DNA of 64,000 nt from a virus. Position numbers and translations under genes: made by a program. Each line of letters opens with the position of its first letter. Position 1 is the first letter of the stretch. Where the stretch lies: positions 1 through 64,000 of the IMG/VR virus record IMGVR_UViG_3300028840_002691, one strand, 5' to 3'. Positions 58,335 through 64,000 of this stretch are shown one piece after another. Below the pieces are notes generated by a model. That model searched no databases. It was not told the origin of the DNA and was given only the letters and a program-made list of their open reading frames with translations.

Positions 58335-58847
58335 ATGGCTAGACGAGGACCAGGACGAGGATCTCGCATGGGCAAGGGTGTGCTTTCGGGCAGCACTCTG
58401 GCTGTGCACCCGTCCGGCGTAACGATAGACAAACAGGGTATCGAGTATACTGCTGGTGTTGTTGTAACTCCAACTGAACTTGGTTACTTGGATGGGCAGG
58501 CGGGGTATGGGCTTGCTTATACTTCAGCAGCAGGGTACAGAATTGCCTATGGACTGACGGACTTCGCAGGCAGCGGCAAGCCTCTTGAAGGCACCCTGTC
58601 CGTGAGCAACGTGCTGTCCGTAGACACAGGGCTGACAACGGTGTTGGGTTTTTGGCCTAGCATTTATGATGCCACTTCTGACATGCACAAGCTGTCGGCA
58701 AGTGCATTTCTGACCTGGCAGAAGAACCTGACCACGACTTCAGAGGTGACGGTGATCTCTTTGATTGATGCTGGTGCGGCAGGCACAACGCCGTACTTCT
58801 TGTTCAATAAGGGAGTTTCCTGTTCGTGGATCGCTTTCGGCACATAA
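58335..58847 (+). CDS. Putative virion structural protein, tandem paralog A
   Basis: AGGAGG RBS; near-identical N-terminus to next gene; ends WIAFGT. Confidence 0.7.
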   Translation: MARRGPGRGSRMGKGVLSGSTLAVHPSGVTIDKQGIEYTAGVVVTPTELGYLDGQAGYGLAYTSAAGYRIAYGLTDFAGSGKPLEGTLSVSNVLSVDTGLTTVLGFWPSIYDATSDMHKLSASAFLTWQKNLTTTSEVTVISLIDAGAAGTTPYFLFNKGVSCSWIAFGT

Positions 58848-58865
58848 TACAAGGAGGACTACATT

Positions 58866-59393
58866 ATGGCGAGTACATGGAGAAGAGGCCCTGGACGTGG
58901 ATCACGTATGGGCAAAGGTGTGCTTTCGGGCAGCACTCTCGCTGTGGTGCCTTCGGGTGTTACGATCGACAAACAGGGCATTGAGTATTCAGCAGGCACG
59001 TTCATAACACCTACTGAAATCGGATATCTAGACGGTCAGGCTGGCTACGGGGTCGCCTACACCACTGCGGCAGGGTACAGAGTGGCCTATGGGTTGACAG
59101 ATGTGGCTAACAGCGGTGTAAGCCAGGGCACTGGCTCTGTGAGCAGTATTCTGGAAGTGGCCACTGGGTTGACAACGGTGCTTGGCTTTTGGGGTAGTGT
59201 TTACGATGCCACTTCAGATATGCACAAGTCATCTGTTAGCATATACCTGGATTGGCAGAAGAACGCGACATACACTTCCAGGGTGACTGTGGTGACCGCT
59301 GTAGAGGCTGCTGCAGCTGGTACTGGTGGTGCAACTCCGTACAATTTGTTCAACACAGGGGTGTCACTGTCTTGGCTGGCTTTTGGGACATAA
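58866..59393 (+). CDS. Putative virion structural protein, tandem paralog B
   Basis: RRGPGRGSRMGKGVLSGSTLAV shared; ends WLAFGT. Confidence 0.7.
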   Translation: MASTWRRGPGRGSRMGKGVLSGSTLAVVPSGVTIDKQGIEYSAGTFITPTEIGYLDGQAGYGVAYTTAAGYRVAYGLTDVANSGVSQGTGSVSSILEVATGLTTVLGFWGSVYDATSDMHKSSVSIYLDWQKNATYTSRVTVVTAVEAAAAGTGGATPYNLFNTGVSLSWLAFGT

Positions 59394-59401
59394 ACCACAG
59401 C

Positions 59402-59439
59402 GCAGAGAACCACAGTCTGTGCACACTGTGGTTCTCTGC
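59402..59439 (+). terminator. Perfect 15-bp hairpin after the structural genes
   Basis: gcagagaaccacagt-ctgtgcac-actgtggttctctgc followed by AT-rich sequence; U-tract is weak. Confidence 0.6.
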
Positions 59440-59488
59440 TTAATATATATCTGAACTGCTGGTTGCATGTTTTTGAAGGGGGGCAAAA

Positions 59489-61573
59489 TTGGAATGGGTA
59501 CTTGCTTGTTTTACACTGACGCTGATAGCAGCACCTCTGGTGTTTGCTCCGTTGAAGTTTATTGATGGCTACATATTACCACAGCTGGCAGTGCACGCCA
59601 TTGGGTTGGGGGTTGCCTTTGTGGGCATGGTGCAGTTGGGAGTGTTCCCACTGAGCTTGCTGTCATTGCTGGTATGTCTTTACTTTGTCTATATGGTTAT
59701 GACTACTTTCTGGTCTACAGCTACTCACGCCTCTTTACGGGATCTGCCTCTCGTGTTCAACGGGTTGGCTGCCTTTCTTGTGGCCTCTGTGCTCTTCCGC
59801 AGTAGCGCGCTGAACATGGTCACGGTTTCCTTGGGTGTTTTCTTTGTTAGCACTATCACTTGTATTTACTGCATTGGGCAGCGGTTGCGTATTGATCCTG
59901 TGTTCAAGGAGCGGCTGGTGTCAGCGGCGGTGGACTTCAAAGGCTTGCCCAGACAGAGGATACCCAAGTGGTTCAGGAACAAGAACTTTATTGACTCCAG
60001 ACCGATAGGCACGATAGGCAATACGAATTTTGTCTCAGGTTACTTGGGCTCTACTGTACCGTTCTTGGTTTTTTTGTCTGTGGAGGTGTCGCCGTGGTTC
60101 CTGTTGAGCATTCTGTTGGTTGTGGTCACTGTAACTATGGCCGAATGCAGGGCGGCGCTGCTGGGCATGTTTTGTAGTGGTCTGGTATTTCTGCTGATTG
60201 CCTCAAGGGCAGGGCTGGTGATTGACTTTGTGGTGTGGTTGTTTTCTTTTGAGTTGGTGCGACTGCTTTCTGTAATCGGTGCAGTGTATGTGCTGTTGTT
60301 TCTTGTGGATGCGATATGCAGGCTGCACAAGGGAGGAGTGTTCAGGATGTTGAACGCAGAGACTCCTCTCACCTCGGAGTTGTCAGTGGAGAGCGAGGAC
60401 CAGGAGGACCTTGTGGCTCACTTGCGGTACAGGTTCCGCTATTGGAAGGCGGCGTGGGAGTTGCTGAAGCAGAAACCGTTGCAGGGTTTTGGGCTCAGGA
60501 CGTTTAGGAAAGAAGTATATCAAGCACAAGCAACTTTACACAACAGGGACGGCAAGTTCTTAGGTCTTGGCTACCAGACTCCACAGCCCAGGGAGTGCCA
60601 CAATGACTATGTGGAGAACTTTGTTGAAGGTGGGTTGGTCGGTGGGTTGATGTTTCTGGCTATACTTGCGGTTGTGTTTTACAATGCCTGGGTCTACTTG
60701 TCTTCGGTGGTTGCGGTAGACTTCTTGCTGGTGGCTGGAGTGCTGTCTGGTTTCCTCTGCCTGCTTGTGGTGGCGTTCTTCTTTTTCCCGTTCAGGCTAC
60801 CAGCATCAGCGGTGCTGTTCTGGGTTGGGCTGGCGTTGCTGGACTCCATGACTACCGATGTAGCAATAGTGACATTTGAGTCGAACATCTTTCTGACTCT
60901 GCTGGTGGCTGGTGTGTTGGCTGCGCTGTTGTGGGAGGGGAGCATAAAGCCGAACGCAGCGAACTTCTACTTCAACAAGTACAGCTTCTCACGTGACATG
61001 ATGCTGCGGGAGAAGTTTCTGATAAAGGCGACGGACTTCTCGCCTAGAGAAACGATATTCAGAACTCATGCTGCGGTAAACTACTCGGAGACAGTGCCGT
61101 CGTTTGCCGAAAAGCATGCCAATGTGATGAGCTACTTCTATGACGGCATGACTCCGGCTTGGATGATGTTCTACAATGTGGCTATGGTGAAGGCAGCCAA
61201 TGGTAAGTTTGAAGAGGCCATAGAATATTTGAACCATTCACTTTACTACTTTCCGAGGTTTAAGCCCGCCTTGCAGTTCATGCAGATGATCTGGGCTGAA
61301 GCAAAGATGCCAGAAAGGAGGATCTTGATGAAGAGGATGACTAAGGAGGGCCTGCTTGCTATCAAGCTGCATCGCACGGAGGCCGAAAAGCACAACATGG
61401 CGATAGAGAACATCATCTTGCAGGAGAAGGTGAAATCGAACATACCGATAGAGTGGTCCTTTGACCTGAAGGAGGGTGTATTTCTGACTCCTACTGAAGC
61501 AGAAAACCTACGTAGAGAGAGACAGAAAGAAATGGGCGGAGGATTGAGTCTGGTACCTGGAACAAATGCTTAG
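59489..61573 (+). CDS. O-antigen ligase / O-oligosaccharyltransferase family (Wzy_C) membrane protein with C-terminal TPR-like region
   Basis: Many TM helices; GTIGNTNF, CRAALLG, RFRYWKAAWEL..KPLQGFG, HNDYVE..EGGLVG, FFFP. Confidence 0.85.
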   Translation: MEWVLACFTLTLIAAPLVFAPLKFIDGYILPQLAVHAIGLGVAFVGMVQLGVFPLSLLSLLVCLYFVYMVMTTFWSTATHASLRDLPLVFNGLAAFLVASVLFRSSALNMVTVSLGVFFVSTITCIYCIGQRLRIDPVFKERLVSAAVDFKGLPRQRIPKWFRNKNFIDSRPIGTIGNTNFVSGYLGSTVPFLVFLSVEVSPWFLLSILLVVVTVTMAECRAALLGMFCSGLVFLLIASRAGLVIDFVVWLFSFELVRLLSVIGAVYVLLFLVDAICRLHKGGVFRMLNAETPLTSELSVESEDQEDLVAHLRYRFRYWKAAWELLKQKPLQGFGLRTFRKEVYQAQATLHNRDGKFLGLGYQTPQPRECHNDYVENFVEGGLVGGLMFLAILAVVFYNAWVYLSSVVAVDFLLVAGVLSGFLCLLVVAFFFFPFRLPASAVLFWVGLALLDSMTTDVAIVTFESNIFLTLLVAGVLAALLWEGSIKPNAANFYFNKYSFSRDMMLREKFLIKATDFSPRETIFRTHAAVNYSETVPSFAEKHANVMSYFYDGMTPAWMMFYNVAMVKAANGKFEEAIEYLNHSLYYFPRFKPALQFMQMIWAEAKMPERRILMKRMTKEGLLAIKLHRTEAEKHNMAIENIILQEKVKSNIPIEWSFDLKEGVFLTPTEAENLRRERQKEMGGGLSLVPGTNA

Positions 61574-61600
61574 AAAGAGAAAGGAAGGAGACACGAGAAA

Positions 61601-62023
61601 ATGACCTTGATGGATGATTTGAGAGAAAAGGCAGCCAAGGGAACAAAAATCACTTCCGAAGAGCTGGAAGAGGCCCGCAAGGAGATGGCAATAGGCAATG
61701 CGGCTGACGCTAAGGAGGAGAAAGAAGAAAACCAGAAAGAGGAGCAAAAACCTGAGAAGGCACCACCTCCTCCTGAGCCAGAACCCGAGAAGCCTATAGT
61801 GTTTTCCTTTGACGAGTTTGTGCAGAAGAACTTAGGCACATTTAACAGGGTTACACGTTCCGTGTGGAGGAGCAACGTCACGCTGCTGGCTAATATGTTC
61901 CTCTCCATAGAGATAAGAAATGAGTTGAAGGCTATCAGACGTCTTTTGGAAGTAAAGCAAACCACAAAGCCAGAAGAATTAGCAACAGGAAAGGAGAAGC
62001 CAAAAAGGAAACCTAAAAAATGA
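61601..62023 (+). CDS. Hypothetical charged protein
   Basis: AAGGAG RBS; coupled to next gene. Confidence 0.6.
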   Translation: MTLMDDLREKAAKGTKITSEELEEARKEMAIGNAADAKEEKEENQKEEQKPEKAPPPPEPEPEKPIVFSFDEFVQKNLGTFNRVTRSVWRSNVTLLANMFLSIEIRNELKAIRRLLEVKQTTKPEELATGKEKPKRKPKK

Positions 62024-62421
62024 GCTATACTCATTCACCAGAGACCGACGAGGGGCGTCTCCGTATACTTTTATATGACGTAGTACCAAGCGGAACCAGC
62101 GCAGCTATAGGCTCAAACTACCACTTTGAGGACGCCGATCTGTCTGCCCTGCTGGATATGAACAGTGACGACCTTTGGGCTAGTGCTGCTGATGGATGCC
62201 GAGCTATGGCTGCAAAGCTCGCTGACGAGGCCATAGCCTTGGGACTTGGAAAGACAGACATCTACGTAGACAAGAGAAAGAAGCCGGACTTTTACCTAAA
62301 ACTGGCAGCAGAGTACCAGGAACGTTCCTACACTGACGTTGACGAGTACATTGACTCAATAAACTACGGCGTGAGCTACACGGGATTTGACGATACAGAG
62401 TACTTTGGTGACTACGAATAA
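62020..62421 (+). CDS. Head-tail adaptor-like protein
   Basis: GRLRILL.D..FED.DL pattern; position after MCP. Confidence 0.65.
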   Translation: MSYTHSPETDEGRLRILLYDVVPSGTSAAIGSNYHFEDADLSALLDMNSDDLWASAADGCRAMAAKLADEAIALGLGKTDIYVDKRKKPDFYLKLAAEYQERSYTDVDEYIDSINYGVSYTGFDDTEYFGDYE

Positions 62422-62831
62422 TGTCGATACTGACTTCTCAGGAGATAGCGGACATCACAAGCGACATACATGAGATAGTGACTGATGTCGAGCTGAGCAC
62501 CAGGATCACTTACAGGCTGGCTGGGGTGACAGCGGAGACCTCCTACGATCCGACCACTCAAGCCATACCGAGCATGTTTTCGACCAGCTCCGTGAGCGCG
62601 TTCAAGGGCACTTACAGCCTGGACGAGGCTGCCCAGTCAGGCGGACTGATAGAGTATGGGGATGTGAAGTTCATCGTAATGCGCTCTCATGTCACTGGTA
62701 TTTTGGGCACAATAGACCAGGTGTTCGAGAGCGGCAGCAGCGTGCAGAGCGGCACCACATACCAGGTAGTTGGTTCGCTGAGCTATGATCCGTTGAAGAT
62801 CTGCTACTTCATACATTGCAGGGCGGTATGA
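62421..62831 (+). CDS. Head-closure-like protein
   Basis: ITYR..YDPTT..GDVKF beta-rich pattern; synteny. Confidence 0.6.
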   Translation: MSILTSQEIADITSDIHEIVTDVELSTRITYRLAGVTAETSYDPTTQAIPSMFSTSSVSAFKGTYSLDEAAQSGGLIEYGDVKFIVMRSHVTGILGTIDQVFESGSSVQSGTTYQVVGSLSYDPLKICYFIHCRAV

Positions 62832-63310
62832 AAGTTACCATTGATGTTGAGACGGAAAAGTTTAACAGGAAACTGAAAAAGTTTTTGAAGAACAGCAATG
62901 TTGAGGTAGGAAAAGGAGTAAGAAAAGCAGCTTTGGATTTGCTCTTTATGATTCATAGGCCAAAACCTCACGGCACTCATCCGGTCGAGACCGGTAGAGC
63001 GAGAGGCGCTTGGGCAGCATCGATGGAGGGTCTTGGTGGCAGGTTCAATTACCATAAAGGAGTAGATCCATCAAGAGATCAAGTAGCCATGGGGAGAAAA
63101 GAAGGCGGCTTCGTAAACAAACTCAAGAACAAGTACTTCAAATATGTGGAGCTTATAAATGGCTGCCCATACATCATATATCTTGAATACGGACATAGCA
63201 AGAGCGCCCCTGCTGGAATGGTCAGGATATCTTTACGCGAGATGCGGGGTATGAAAATCACCGACAAGTACTTCAAGCCAGTTTTTCTGAAGGAGTGGAA
63301 TAAACTGTAA
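62828..63310 (+). CDS. HK97 gp10-like neck/tail-completion protein
   Basis: PVETGRARGAW, N..PYIIYLEYGHSK.APAGMVR. Confidence 0.85.
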   Translation: MKVTIDVETEKFNRKLKKFLKNSNVEVGKGVRKAALDLLFMIHRPKPHGTHPVETGRARGAWAASMEGLGGRFNYHKGVDPSRDQVAMGRKEGGFVNKLKNKYFKYVELINGCPYIIYLEYGHSKSAPAGMVRISLREMRGMKITDKYFKPVFLKEWNKL

Positions 63311-63801
63311 TGGCACTGGACATACTGGCAGAACGAGCAAACGTAAAGCGCAGCCTTGAGAGCTACTTTCATGGTATCTTTGGTCCCTCCGGCAAGGACT
63401 TCTACGTGGACTACGAGGGCGTGCCGTTTGAGACGAAAGAGAAGCGTGAGTGGCTGCAGCCACGAGTGATGGACTTCAGCGGCGAGTTCCTGCGACAAGG
63501 CTCCGCAACACAGTACGCCACCAATGTGAACATGATGTTCAATGTGAATATACTGGTTACAAAAAGCGGCACCACAATAGCCGACAGACACTACGTGCTC
63601 AGGGACAAAGTCGTAGAGCATTTTAAGATAGGGCAGACCATAAACATACGCAACTGGACCAGCGGCACCACTCCGCTGGCGATTTTAGGCAAGATGAAAG
63701 TGAGGCAGCTGATAACCGACCGCCCAATCGAGGATGAGCATTTTCTGCAGTACTCACTAACGTGGGAACTTGATTGGTTAGATTTAACAACTAATCCATA
63801 A
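63310..63801 (+). CDS. Tail terminator-like protein
   Basis: Synteny after gp10-like gene; VDYEGVPF..EWLQP. Confidence 0.6.
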   Translation: MALDILAERANVKRSLESYFHGIFGPSGKDFYVDYEGVPFETKEKREWLQPRVMDFSGEFLRQGSATQYATNVNMMFNVNILVTKSGTTIADRHYVLRDKVVEHFKIGQTINIRNWTSGTTPLAILGKMKVRQLITDRPIEDEHFLQYSLTWELDWLDLTTNP

Positions 63802-63816
63802 GGGAGATGTAATAAA

Positions 63817-64000
63817 ATGATAGAGCAAAGTGAACTCGTAAACCTACTGGCAGGCAACTCTGGCTTTTCGACAAAGCGCTGTGTGAAGACAGCCCAGACA
63901 ATGCTGGCTCCACTCAACAAACTGATCGATGAGAAGCTTGCTAAGAAGAAGAGGATAGTAAAGAAGACAAGGACAGAGGACATCACCGAACCACTCAGTG
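63817..64000 (+). CDS. Hypothetical protein, truncated by window end
   Basis: MIEQSELVNLLAG.. open to the end. Confidence 0.4.
   Translation, partial: MIEQSELVNLLAGNSGFSTKRCVKTAQTMLAPLNKLIDEKLAKKKRIVKKTRTEDITEPLS

Noticed and set aside
536-63986. Numerous minus-strand ORFs, e.g. 14364-15431 and 45669-46544
   Set aside because: They overlap well-supported + strand genes and show no recognisable motifs.
1-64000. Alternative genetic code
   Set aside because: Genes are full length and tightly coupled under code 11, with TAA, TAG and TGA all used as stops.
1-64000. tRNA, rRNA, DGR or retron loci, introns and inteins
   Set aside because: I recognised no cloverleaf, reverse transcriptase, TR/VR pair or intein motif by eye; a tool scan could still find some.

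Overview
This 64-kb window is part of a large tailed dsDNA phage (or prophage) genome; essentially all credible genes lie on the + strand and read in the standard code. It has four parts. (1) 1-7.9 kb: recombination module with a RecA-like gene end, Holliday junction resolvase, Mre11/SbcD nuclease and a Rad50/SbcC split into two genes. It also holds three (T/C)NNGG pentamer arrays and a 3-unit, 36-nt dual-spacer array with TIGR-like geometry and no visible Tas gene. (2) 8.4-37.1 kb: a ~29-kb glycan cluster (2 NeuB, 2 NeuA-like, 3 aminotransferases, 3 NDP-sugar epimerases, 3 sulfotransferase-like genes, PseG-like, WbqC, LmbE, GT2, GT4, methyltransferases) interleaved with ordinary phage genes. 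(3) 37-43 kb: a patchwork with an apparently inserted PurZ0-like gene, an Sm-like gene followed by an (NGGTCT)21 repeat, and a putative TerS. (4) 43-64 kb: head/neck module (TerL, sigma-like factor, portal, gp7/gpF, protease-scaffold, decoration paralogs, major capsid, neck proteins) containing an O-antigen-ligase-family membrane protein. Nine small virion-module proteins carry 20 S-G-x-[S/T] motifs, while TerL, portal, gp7, protease and capsid carry none. My best candidate for an undescribed system is phage-encoded, sequon-directed virion glycosylation with nonulosonic, possibly sulfated, sugars. All calls come from motif recognition by eye; no searches were run.
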